A DNA stretch of 64,000 nt from Chrysomallon squamiferum. Taxonomy: Eukaryota > Animalia > Mollusca. Location of the stretch: assembly GCA_012295275.1 (NCBI GenBank), contig CM022665.1, positions 33,294,001-33,358,000 on the forward strand, given 5' to 3'. Of this stretch, positions 15,689-28,038 are shown in pieces; positions within the stretch are counted from its first letter, which is position 1; the number at the start of each line of letters is the position of its first letter. The notes under the pieces are model-generated. The model was not told the origin of the DNA. It worked only from the letters and a program-made list of their open reading frames with translations, and did no database searches. A program made the translations under genes and the position numbers.

Positions 15689-16228
15689 TTCGTAAATGGC
15701 GTAACATGGATGATCCCGAATGCATGTCACGTGATACACATAAAACTGTAACGAACAAGTTTAAGCAACAAAGGCTCTAGATTCGTTATTATAAAGCCAT
15801 GTTGTGTTTTGGACCAGCGGCGTGGCTTAACAAATTGGATACATTTATGTCCTTTCAATAAACAAAAACACACAGGCTCATACGTAGGGGAGAGTGTGGG
15901 AGAACTACGTACGTAACACCCCCCGTACTCCATAGTGACTGTCCAGTTAAATCCGTGAATGTATTATTGTATAAAGTAAAGAAAAATAGTCAGACCATGT
16001 GAACTCTATAAAAGGTGAAATATTGAGGCAAAGAGAAACACCTCAAATTAACTTTTTAGAGATTAAGACATTCAACAACAAATAAAGATGAACAATGAAC
16101 AATGCAAATACAGACGCGCAACCCTATTTATATAGATTGAACGATGTTCCTCTCCAAAAGAGGAAAATGCTAAAGCAGAAAGTAATATTACATAAGTGGC
16201 GGGAATTCATTTCGTGTTGAAATCGAAT
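15689..16228. promoter_or_regulatory. Putative bidirectional promoter shared by PDXK and the SRA gene
   Basis: The two start codons (15688 minus, 16229 plus) are only 540 bp apart. CpGs are frequent from about 14900 to 16450, unlike the CpG-poor flanking gene bodies. Confidence 0.75.
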
Positions 16229-19200
16229 ATGACAAGTGACTATGAAAAATTGCGTTTGCAAAATCTTGCTGACAATCGTCGAATTTTAGCAGAAATAGGC
16301 CTTGTTAATTCAGTGAGTCAAACACTTTTATTGAAATTTGCCCGTTACTCTTATTAAAATTTTAGATTAAATGCATGATGTACATTGTACTCAGTACTGT
16401 ATGACAGTGTAACGTGTTACGTGTATCAGAGAATTAGACTGACTCCAGAAAGTAATAGACTCATTGATAGTGATGTGGAGTTAAATGAAAGATTTAGCTA
16501 TCATAAAGATTATATTTTAAGTATATTCGAAGTGATATAAATTATTTAAAATTTCATTATTTTAGTTCAAGCCTCTTGGACGGGTGATTAAAAGGAGTAT
16601 CAAGCGTAAATCAGAGTTTTCCAACCCAGATCCAAAGAAGAAACAAGTGACTGATGTTCAGAACTGTGGGCCAATATATGGAACATGTCGCCGTTCAGCT
16701 CGAATCAGTGGAATGGTAGAAATTATAAGTTATATTTAAAAGTTTAAATTATTCATCTAGTGGTACTTTTTGTTATTATTATTATTATTATTACTTTAAA
16801 ATTTTAAAAATAATTTTAGCAATATAAGAACATTTATAAATAAAATAAACTTGAAAGTATACCAAATAATGAAATATTACATCTAAAAAATTATAATTTG
16901 TATTTATATCATTTTATAAAGATAAAATAATTTCTAAATCATGAACATTACTTTTATGTATTTTGTTATCTATACATTGAATTGTTACATTTTTTCATTA
17001 CAGCCAGCTGGATCTGCTGTTGTTCTTGAGGATTCAGATGATGAACACACAAAGAATGTGGTTAGAGGAAAACAACCAAATACATACGGACCTATTCCAG
17101 GTTTGAATAAAGTTCTTTCAGATTTAAATTACAATCAATAATAATTAAGATCATATTATTTTAACACTTTTTCTTAAATTATGTGAATTCAGTTTCCATT
17201 ATATTTATAAACATTTCTGTTTGATGAATGTAACTGGAAATTTACCTGCTCTTTTTACAAATTACAATGCAATCAATTGGGATAGTCATCCCAAGCCCTC
17301 CTCCAAATATGCTAGTGCATCAACCATGTATATGGCTTTTGTCGTATATCAGGTCTTGATATTAGCAGTAGCCATTAGTGTTTTAGCTGCCAGTATATCT
17401 CCCTGGATTTTATGCTCAGTAGTCTGCCTGTCCAGTGATTACAATTTACAAAATTTCTTGGATTCAGTAAAATTTAGTAAAATTTCAGATCAGCAAAAAC
17501 TGAAAAAGATAATTAGAGTCATCATCACATCTGCAACATAATCTGTAGAAAAAATATGCAAGAACATGAATCATAAGAACAAATCTCAAACACTTGTGAC
17601 ATGTTATTTTTTGGTCAAAGAGGATTTTTTTGAATCGGGGGAATAAAGAAATGCAGGCAGAAAATAGATGTGTATTGTTGATATGTGACTTAAGGAAATG
17701 TAAATCCCTAAATTAAAATTATTTTCATATATTTATCAGATAACTTAGAAAGTAACAGCATAATAGTAATTTTGGCCTAATGTGTCAAGCTGTATTGAAA
17801 AAAATGGTATGATCAAAGTTTATGAAATTTTCAGAATATCAAGTTCATTGGATGAAGTAGAATAAAAATAGACATATGATCAAACAGCAGTATTTGTACA
17901 AATGAAGTTAAATTCCTGCAATATTGTCACATAACATTTAAATTTAAACAGATCATGTTAAAACATCACATCCAGTAACTTTTCACTAAATATGATGGAA
18001 ATAAATCCAGTTACATACATATAGTAGCTATGATTTCTGCTTGTTACCAGGTTACGTTGTGGACCTTTCATCTGAAAAGTGATGACTGCTTGAAAATATC
18101 TTACTGTTCAAATTATCTGCACCATTTTCATGAAACCAGAACCATGTGGGCATTTCTTTCTGTTTGTTTTTAAAATGTTCTATTCAGATTACATTTCCAG
18201 AGTAAACTACAAGTGGTAGAAGAAGCTGAGTGAACAGCACAAAATGATCACCAGATTTTAGCTGAGATGGAAACCTAAAATGGAAACCTTTGCCATCAAA
18301 ATTTTTGGTCACAACAAATCATGTCCTTTACCCATTCTTTTTTAATCTACAATTTTATTTCTTGAAGAAATATATCCGATATATTAAACAAGTCAAATAT
18401 TGACAATTAGAATCATATTATTTATTTTGTTTATTATTACTTTTTTCTCCCTTTTTTTTACTTTCTTTATGGTTCAGGTTGTACCTGGTGGATAGTGTCA
18501 AGATTTTCTGCATGCATTTTGGAAGTTTTGTGACACTTCATTCATGTTTTGATGGCAGAGATGCCAGCATCTCCCTATCCTAACTTTTGAGAATAGGAGA
18601 GGGGGAGAGAGAGAGAGTAAGAGTAAGTAAGTATATAAATGAATGAGAGAATATATATAAATATATGTTCTGATGTTTAATAATTTTTAAATGTTTACAG
18701 GTGTTGATGTTGGTACAGTTTGGCAGTTCAGGATAGAATGTTCAAATGCTGGTGTACACAGGTGTGTTCATTGATCCATTCACTTTGTGTTCTTTTTTAA
18801 TGTGCACAGACATGAGTGCTGAATATATACTTAGATATGTTCTATGAATGTATAAATAGGTATAATCGTTTTAAATGTATTCAGATGCATTCTTTGAACG
18901 TATATTAATTATATACATGTTATATAAATATTTTACTTTATTATTATTTGATTGAAACATTTTTTGGATTTTACATTTCTGGTTTTCTGTCAGTTTTAAA
19001 GAATAAATGATATATATTTTATTCTTATTATTGTTTTTATAATTTAGTATATGGAAATATGAAATACTTTTACCTATAATTTTGGCATTTTACATACAAG
19101 TAAACATGTAGGTACATAGCACAATTTCCACTGAAATGCTATTCTGTCAAATAACAAGTTGTAAAAACTCACTGTTACTGAACAGCATATTGAACATTGT

Positions 19201-22200
19201 AAATACACTGAATGCATTAAACACCTTGTAAACCTTTATAAAATACTTTGAAGAAAAAAAGTGTATATTTTTCACAATCATCCGTGAGCATTTCTTACCA
19301 GTGTGTGTGTGTGTACATAAACACACACCAAATGTGGCAGAAAAATCCCAACTTTATATGAACATACAGTAATTTGTATGTATTTCAAGTCTTGAGATGG
19401 ATAGATAAACACAGTATCTCAAATGTTTTACATGAAACTCAAATGAAATAGTTCTTAAAAATAGTTCTTAATAATAATAATCTTTATTATTCTTTTCCTT
19501 TGTAAAAGTAGAGTCATCATGAGCCGTATTGAATTTTGAATTTTAATATCAGTTATCTGTTATCTTTATTCAACTCAGGTTAATTAATTGTTTTGACTGA
19601 TATTGTTTAGTGAAAATTATTTAATCCATTTGAGAGTCAAAAACCAGTAAAGCTAAATGTGGGATTGTGTATATAAATAGAATATGGTTAGGCACGATTA
19701 CAGTTAAGTGACTTGACTTGTAATGATATCTTGAACTTCATATCCAGTCCCTGCAATGAATGGGACTCTGAACAAATTTACTGTATGTAAATTTTTGTGT
19801 GTCTATGTGTGTATACGTATAATAATAATGTGACGTTTTGTTTCAGACCCACTGTTGCAGGTATTCATAGTGGTCTAGAGGGAGCTTACTCTGTTGCACT
19901 CTCTGGTGGGTATGATGATGATATTGATCTCGGGGAATGTTTCACATATACAGGAGAAGGTGTCTGATTTAATAATTTTACAAATAATATAGTTTAATGT
20001 AAGGACTTTCATATGAGATTTACCTTTAGTTAGTATTTCCTGATCTGCATTTTCACAATTTATTAATCAAAAAATCTTGAGACACTTGATTTGTATGTTA
20101 AGATTAACTATTAGTCAATTCACAGATTCTAAGACGCTGAATATTGTTCTACAGTGTATAAGAGCAACTCTATATAGAGACCTAGAATAGTGTTTTTGGT
20201 AGAATCTTACAATGTCTGTAAAATTACTAATATTTACAATTTGAAATCACTTGATAACAAAAGTATTTCTTGAAAACTGCAGCAACTGGATGAATTAAAA
20301 ATTATTTGAACATTTAGCAGATTCTGGGTATGACAAAACAAGTATAATAACATATTTTTTATGGTCTTTGTAGGTGGGAGAGATTTAAAAGGGACCAGAC
20401 AAAAACCGAAAGTAAGTTATTCATTATAAAGAAATTGCAGTTAATAAAGAAAATTGATTGTCTGCAATAAATGAAGTGTTTCATTAATCTGTATGCCTTG
20501 TTAATGTTTATAAATAGTGTATCATGCAATACACTGCTGCCTTTTGCCAATAAAATTTGCTGTTCTTTGTGTGTGGATAGCAAGATACATGTACAATATT
20601 AAAATTGGAAACTGGGCTTATTTTGATGTTGAGATCATGTCTAAATCATTTCAGCATCATGAAAAAGATGCAGATATTGAGAGAGTTGAATTTTTATAAA
20701 TCACACTTGAGTAAAATAGTTCAAGTTTTTAAAATTTGTTGTAAGAAACATGCTATTGCATATATATATATTTTTTTAAATTAAGTAAATAACAAAATCA
20801 ATCAGATTCATATACCTTACATGTGTCAAAGTGAAAAATGTCTCACGTGCCAGAAAAATTCAGAAAAGAGTTTCTAGTAGAACTTGAAAGAGTAGTATTT
20901 CTGCTTTCTAATGATTTCATAATAGATCATAGAAGATACATAATAGAGGTTCTAACAGGAGTTGTGGCATGACAAATATGTTTTGGGGGAGGGTCTATAA
21001 ATCTTAAAATGCAGAAGAAGGTTTTCAAAGTACTTAGTTTATTTTTTGAAATTCACCTTGGTCACCATGGACAAATCTTGATCAGATTTGGCCAGCTGTA
21101 AGGTGGTAAACAGTCACTGTACATAATGTGCACAACATGTGCATTTTAAATCTCTTTTAACTCAGTTTACAAGCATCCTATTACATGAATTGCATGGAAA
21201 TAAAGATGAAGATTTTGCTCTTGAATTGTGTGTTTGGTCAGGAGAATGTGTAATATACGTTTGTAAAAATATGCTCCAGGCATCTCAATGAAAAATGTTT
21301 CCCACCTTGTGCAGCAGTGGAGTCTGACTGAATATGCTGTACAATTGTTTTTAGCACTGTTGGATGAAATGGATTTGGCACCATCTTGTTAAGTCAGTTA
21401 CTCCTATCACTTAATTAATGTTTCTTAACTTTTTGTTGTTTATTTTCTGCTCTGAAAAATCACTGATACATAATAGAACTTGGGGGTCATTCCATGTTAA
21501 ACCCGACCATCTCAGATTTTTATGAAACTTGGTATATTTGTTGGTTGGGATCCCACAGCACCAAATCTGAAATTTTAGGCCAATCAGACCAGTGGTGTGG
21601 GAGATATGGTACCCCAAATTTTGCAATTTTTGGCAAAAATGGGTGTGACCACCAACCTTTGAACCCTCATATCTCAGGAACTACTGGGCCAATCTTGATA
21701 AAATTGGTATTGTTGAAAAGGCAGTATGACAGATTCCAAATCTGCCACGTGATCCACACGGTCAATTTCAAGGTCATAACAAAGGTCAAAAGGTCAGTGA
21801 TCACAGTATTTTTTCCAAACTGATCTCAGTCAACAAGTATACCAAGTTTCATAAAAATCTGAGATGGTCGGGTTTAAATTTTTTTGGGGGGGTGGGTGAT
21901 TTGACATGGAATGACCCGTAGCAAACTTACAAGAGGTCCAATTCACCACTGTGGAAGTTAGCTCGGTAACTTATACTTCTTGCTTCACTTTGAATGATAA
22001 TTACTGAAATACATTACCTTGTTTTAATTCAAATGATCGAAGTAAGAAATGGAAAGTCAGGACTCTACTTGAATATATTATAACATCCAGCAAAATATAG
22101 ACATGTCTAGAAAGTGAATCTGAACTTAGCTCAAAAGCATGAGAAGTTGAAAACAGTCACTTAGATAATGGAGGAAGAACTGAATGAATTAGTATTAATT

Positions 22201-25065
22201 TTCTCCAAAGTTTAGTATTAATAATAAAAATAAAATAGTCAATAACAAGTATATCTGACTATTGGTATTTCATTTATTTTTGGTTACTGATAAATACTTT
22301 TACATAACACATTCTAGTTTTGTCTGTCTTACGGTCATCCATCAAATATTCTTTCAAAAAACTGATCACATTCATTAACATTCAATATTGATATCCAACA
22401 CCATTATTTTTTTTTGTTATTATTTTATCTAGATCACAAGGAAATGTGTGATGTGCATGTTTTTATTTATAGGTTATTAAACTAGAAATAATGACCAAGT
22501 TCATGTATTGGTGGAGCATAACAATTCCATTAAGTAGCATTTAAATTGCAAATAGCATTTTTTACATGCTACACAAAAACAAACACCAGTCATTAAATGT
22601 TTGACATTTTACTACAACAGTTCTTTGGCAGCAATTATGTGTTAAAGAAGCTCTACACCAAACAACCAAGGCAGTTGATTGTAACAAATAATTTTTATTT
22701 TTGATCATATAGAATTTAAGGACAGCTCCACAGACCAAAGATCAGAGTCTAACAAGAGGAAATTTTGCTTTGAAGACAAATGTGGAAACAAGACAACCAG
22801 TGCGAGTTATTCGTGGATACAAACTCAACAGTCCATTTGCACCTGAATATGGTTATAGATATGATGGTAATGATTTTTAATGGTTTAGAATGACATGTTA
22901 TTATGTTGTGTTATTATTCATTCTACCATGACATACAAAATGTGATTCTAATATCTATTGCCGTAGCCTCATGTTTGGTATTTTACTGTAATATACCATT
23001 ATATTAAAATAATGACCAATAAATTCTATGTTTTTTTGTTTTTTTTAATTTTTAACATACCATAGCAGAGATGCCGATTTGTGACTTTCTCAGTTTTTTT
23101 AAAATAATTTATCAACTGTATGCTCTTTGTACAGTGCTGTTTATGATTATCTGGCCTGTTCAGATATGGTCTGTATTAAAGCAATTAAATGCTCGTCATA
23201 TCTGGTGATGTCATGCAACCCACATATCTTTTAACATGAATATACCTCCCTGGTAGTTTGATAGATAACAATCTGATTCAGAGAATAAAATATATTAAAG
23301 TCATTGCTTGTGTGTTTTTTAACTTGGAAGTGACTTTCTTATGAAATTATTTTTAGGTAAAAAAATAGTGTCCCAGCCAAAACATGCCTGAAGTTCAAGG
23401 AAATATACTGCTGCTACATCCCACTCACTAGTTTTATTAATTTTGTTCAAATACACAACTGCAGTTTCCTTCAGGTTAGCATCTCTGCATAAGAAGTATT
23501 AACTCGTTCAAATAAACCAGTTTTGACAAACTCTTACAGCAAGCAGTATAGGGGTGAAGGGTCTAGTTCTGCACAGATTGAAAAGGTGTTAAGCCAAATT
23601 ATTTTTTTTTTATTTAAAAAAAAACAAAACCCACTCCACCCAAAAACAACAAAATACATGCACACACAAAAAACATTTTGAGAAACAAGTGAGTGCACAG
23701 GTAAGTAAACAGTGTATGGGAACAAACGTTTTAAGATATTTAAAATAGAACTCTTTTGCAATCAGCCAATGATTTCCAAATAACAATCACAATATTTCCA
23801 TTTTTGGTTGGTTAATTCAGCTATACCATTACTAACAGTCAATCGGAATTCACCTATTTTGCAAGATATTTATATAGTCTTGACAGATTACATACATTAT
23901 GTCCTATGGAAAAGCACTAGGAACAGGCAAGAAATTCATTTAATTTTTTCATTATATTTAAAAACCATAATAATAAATGTTACTTATTTAATAATATTTT
24001 ATATGTTAAATGAAATTTGTGAGTTATATATTCTACAGCCAAACATCTTAATTTATTACTGGTTGATGTTAGCAGTGGAAAATTATCCCAAAATTAAATG
24101 GATCTCTTTTGCCTATTGAATATAGCTTCATATGTTAAAACATTTTACTGTTTTTAGTCATGGCAGAATGGGGATAAATGATAGGATTTACAACCGTATG
24201 TTAATGTATTCACTTTTAAATGCCATTTAGTTGTGTTCAATCCATAATACCTACTGTGATTTTTATCATGTTTTTATCTTAAGTAGTAGGGACCTTAATC
24301 TTATCGTTCAAGCTGTGAAAAGTTTTCTCAGCAATATTTAGAGGTACTGTTATCCGTGTTTCTTTAACTTAGCAAAATGGTCCTAACTTATTTACTAAGC
24401 CACAGATCGCAGTTTAGGTTATACCTACTTGTAGAATTCGCTGATAGCTATTTTTTTACTTATTATGTTATTTTATATTGTTGTACTTTTAAGGTACAGT
24501 TTTTGAAAATGTCAGTAACATATTAACTATTTACCTAAATAGCTTAATTTAATAGTTTAACATCTTGTAATTAACCTGTATGCATCATCAAAGTAAGGAA
24601 ATTTGTTAACCATTCATTTCTACAAATATTCCTTAAAATAGGTATTAATTATAGATCTACTGTTAATCACCTAACAATTAATGATCATTAGTGAGAGACA
24701 AAAGGAATTTTTGTCAGCTCTGCTCTAAAGAACAAAGAGAAGACACGGGTAGGAGTGAGGAGGTGGCAGCCATTATTAGGCAATTATGTCAGTAACTATA
24801 TTTTGCATTATCTTTGTTTAAGTCAGAAGTAGGGACAAATAGTTATCCTGTTTCTGTTTTATATGTTGATCAGTTTGATGTAACCTGTATATGTGCCATA
24901 GAGAGTTTGATTTATGTATATTTCTAATGCAAGCCATTAGGGAAAGTTAAAGAAATAGAAATCAGTATTTCAGTTAATGCCAACTCCCACGTCCTCAACC
25001 ATTAAATAAGTATCTTTGAAATAGAAATATTGTGTTTTGCTTTGTGTTCATAGTCAATACTTGAT

Positions 25066-25106
<41 letters not shown>

Positions 25107-25776
25107 CTATATGCAAATATATATATCTGTAATAATCAGTTTCTTAATAGCACAGTCAGGGGGTCCACCAAAGGTGCAAACCCTAGACAGGAAACGAGCC
25201 ATATTTTAACAGGGTCGTTAGCTAACACCTCTTATGTGCTGGGCCCCGTGACACCTATCTTAGTAGATTTATCCCCTAAATCATTTATTATATATTTGTC
25301 TAAATCTATAATAATTTTTTTTTTAATAAAATTAGTTAAATTGTTTAAAATAATATAAGTGTATTTGATATTTGATGTTTGTTTTGTTTTGTTCCTGTCT
25401 TGAAATTTCAGGTATTTACACAGTAGAGAAAGCTTGGTATACTACAGGTTTGTCAGGGTTTGGTGTTTGGAAGTTTGCTCTGTGTAGAATCAAAGAACAA
25501 CCTCTACCACCATGGCAACTTCTTGAGGTAAACTGATGAATGTTCTTATTAATCTCAATATAACCTGAAAAAAACAAGGAAAGAAAGAAAAAATGGCACT
25601 GCTTTATTTTATTATTTTTTAATTTATCTAATATCAATTTATTTTAGAACACTAAGACAACTGGCAGTGTTCTTGCTGCACCTGATTCTGGAACTGGTTC
25701 TGTGAATTCTGAAAAATACTCTGAACACTCAGACAGTGAACATCAAGACAAATCAGATGTTGATGAATCAGTCTGA
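16229..25776 (+). CDS. Stand-alone SRA/YDG-domain protein (UHRF1-like SRA without Ubl/TTD/PHD/RING), 9 exons, 313 aa
   Basis: Exons: 16229-16312 [28 protein letters not shown]; 16566-16715 [38 protein letters not shown]; 17004-17100 ..PNTYGPIPG; 18701-18761 [20 protein letters not shown]; 19847-19959 [38 protein letters not shown]; 20374-20411 [12 protein letters not shown]; 22713-22866 [44 protein letters not shown]; 25412-25527 [28 protein letters not shown]; 25648-25776 Ser/acidic tail to TGA. All GT-AG, 942 nt in frame. Confidence 0.93.
21484..21917. mobile_element. Non-autonomous DNA transposon (MITE) in intron 6 of the SRA gene; superfamily uncertain (Sola2-like GGG termini)
   Basis: TIR GGGTCATTCCATGT...ACATGGAATGACCC, plus a perfect 40-bp subterminal inverted repeat (21497-21536 vs 21838-21877). 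No clean TSD. Confidence 0.8.
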
Positions 25777-26996
25777 TCTGTTTGAAGAATTCAGATTCCT
25801 GCTGCTGGTTTCATGAAACAACCAAATTCAAAATAGACTTGGTTAAAGTTCATTTTTAATTCTTATTTTTTGTTATAATCAGTGAGTTTTGTCACAATGA
25901 TTGTTATAAGAATGCAGAGGACTAGTTATTTGAAAGAGGGGTGTATGTGTAAAATTCATTTACATGTAAAAGGAGCTTTATGTAAATGTTTTTCATCTAT
26001 GATGATGGAAATAATAGAAGACAGTCTAAAACACCAGTAGCTTTTAATATTCAAATGTTAATTATTTGCAGCAGTAAAACTAATGTTATATTTTATGTTT
26101 TATTTATCTGTTCAGATGATTTTTTTGAAAATTAATTCTTAGAAGGTTTATTTTATTGTTCGGTCATTTTTTTAAAAACATGAAGCTGTAAATTAGATTG
26201 AATTTTTCTAGTTCATATTCATTTTAAAAAGCTTTTATTACAGATGTTACATACTTCTGTGAAAACTTCAGTGTGGTTTTGTAAACAAATGTTTTGGCCC
26301 TTTGGTTTTTTTAAATATTTTTATTCTTTTTATTTATGTTTATTTTATTTTATTTTATTATTAATTTTTATTAATATTTTAAGAAAACAGTTGTGTATTT
26401 GAAGAAAATTATGCAGTTTCATTTTAACAGAGTTTGAATGTATAAAATCATGTTACTTATTGTTTTCTTATTTTTATTGTTTTCATTTTATTCTTGACTT
26501 TTCCCTTATTTTCTTTTGTTTTGATAATGTATTTTCCTTATTATTTATTATTAAAGTGTGCCTTTTTAATTTAATGCTTTCATTTCTTTATTTTTTATTT
26601 TATTTGTGTATAATCTTTTTTTTCTTTTCTTTTTTTTTAATTATTATTTTCTTGTTGTTTCTCCTTATTCCATCTATTTTGATTTTCACAAAAAATAAAA
26701 CAATTACGGTTCACAGATATACCTAGCAATGATAATATATATATGGTATCTATACATCAATTTCTTTACTAACCATACAAAGATAAACATAACAACAACA
26801 GCATAGTAGATCTGGTATTGACAATATTTCTACATACATAACAGTCCCAGTAATATGATTTTCTACAAGCAGTCTGTGTAACAAAAATTCATATCTGAAA
26901 TTAGGACAGATATTTATACATCACTAATAATAATTATAATAATAATAATCACTAATACTAGGTAAATCCCCCAGAAAGTTAAATCATGCTTTATAA

Positions 26997-28038
26997 CAGC
27001 CATGGGCAACCTTTTTTGAGAAGCGGGCCACATGAGACATGGTCCATCCTCGGGTATTAACTTAGGCAATTTTGTATTTTTACGTAGAATTATTTTAAGA
27101 AAATTTTCATTTTCATTTACTTCAGGAACTGTTATAATTAAAAAAATCCATGTGTTTCAGTAGATACAAAATAGACTCATTTTATAAAATTTGAATTAAC
27201 ATTACCATATATACTTGTGTATAAGTCAAATTTTTGGGAGACTATATTAAGGTAATGTTTTGGGGGTCGACTTATACATAGGTAATGCTTTTGTAGCTGT
27301 TGCTGAAGAGTCGCCATTTTGACTTTTTTGCTACGGGATGCATCTAAAATAATCGCGGTCTTTCAGCTTTTCAAAAATATAATTTTATCGTATACAAAAT
27401 TTGGAAAAATTAAATAACAAAACCAAATATGAATGTAAAACATGATATTCTTCCGTTTAATGACATAAAAATACATTTTAAAGCGAGAAAACCGTCAGTA
27501 CGGTGTTATGCCTTACGGCGTCTTGCAGTGATCTAGGAATGCAGACTTCTCTGCCAAATTGCACTAAATATCGGTCCTAATTTCATAAACAAAATTCACT
27601 TGTGTAATTGTAAAGAATTTGGTGAAATAATATTGCAATCGTCATTAATATCCACTACCGACAAATTTTGTAAATCATAGAACGGCTAAATATAACGGTA
27701 AGTAGGTCTCCATGTTAGACCTATTACATTAAAGAGATACTATTTATGATACATTTAGGCTATAGCTCGTGTAATACATGCATTTACGTTATTATGGTAT
27801 GTTTGTGCAAGTTACAGCTTGTGCAAGTTATGTTACAGTAGGCGTACAATGTAGGCCTTCATGGCACTGTCACACTGGTCTAAAAATAGTGACGGTGCCT
27901 GGAATCTACAGTCGACTTATACACAAGTAATACCTAAAATGACGCAATTTTTGGTCTTAAAATACAGATCGACTTATACACAAGTATATACAGTATTTTC
28001 CTTGTGAAATTAGGTGGGCCTCAGTTTGGCCATGACTG
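26997..28038. mobile_element. hAT (Charlie-like) MITE of about 250 bp, interrupted by a nested Tc2/pogo-like MITE
   Basis: Imperfect TIRs CAGCCATGGGCAAC / GTTTGGCCATGACTG are flanked by a perfect 8-bp target-site duplication CTTTATAA (26989-26996 and 28039-28046). Confidence 0.88.
27205..27993. mobile_element. Tc2/pogo-like (TcMar) MITE, copy 1
   Basis: TA-flanked TIRs CC(A/G)TATATACTTGTGTATAAGTC ... GACTTATACACAAGTATATAC(A/G)G and internal GTCGACTTATAC repeats. Nearly identical to 43217-44455. Confidence 0.9.

Noticed and set aside
17221-17541. 106-aa ORF in intron 3 of the SRA gene
   Set aside because: Non-ATG start, no recognisable motif, and not needed for the phase-consistent gene model.
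16229-25776. Naming the SRA gene UHRF1
   Set aside because: It lacks all other UHRF1 domains and has a different finger loop and N-terminus.
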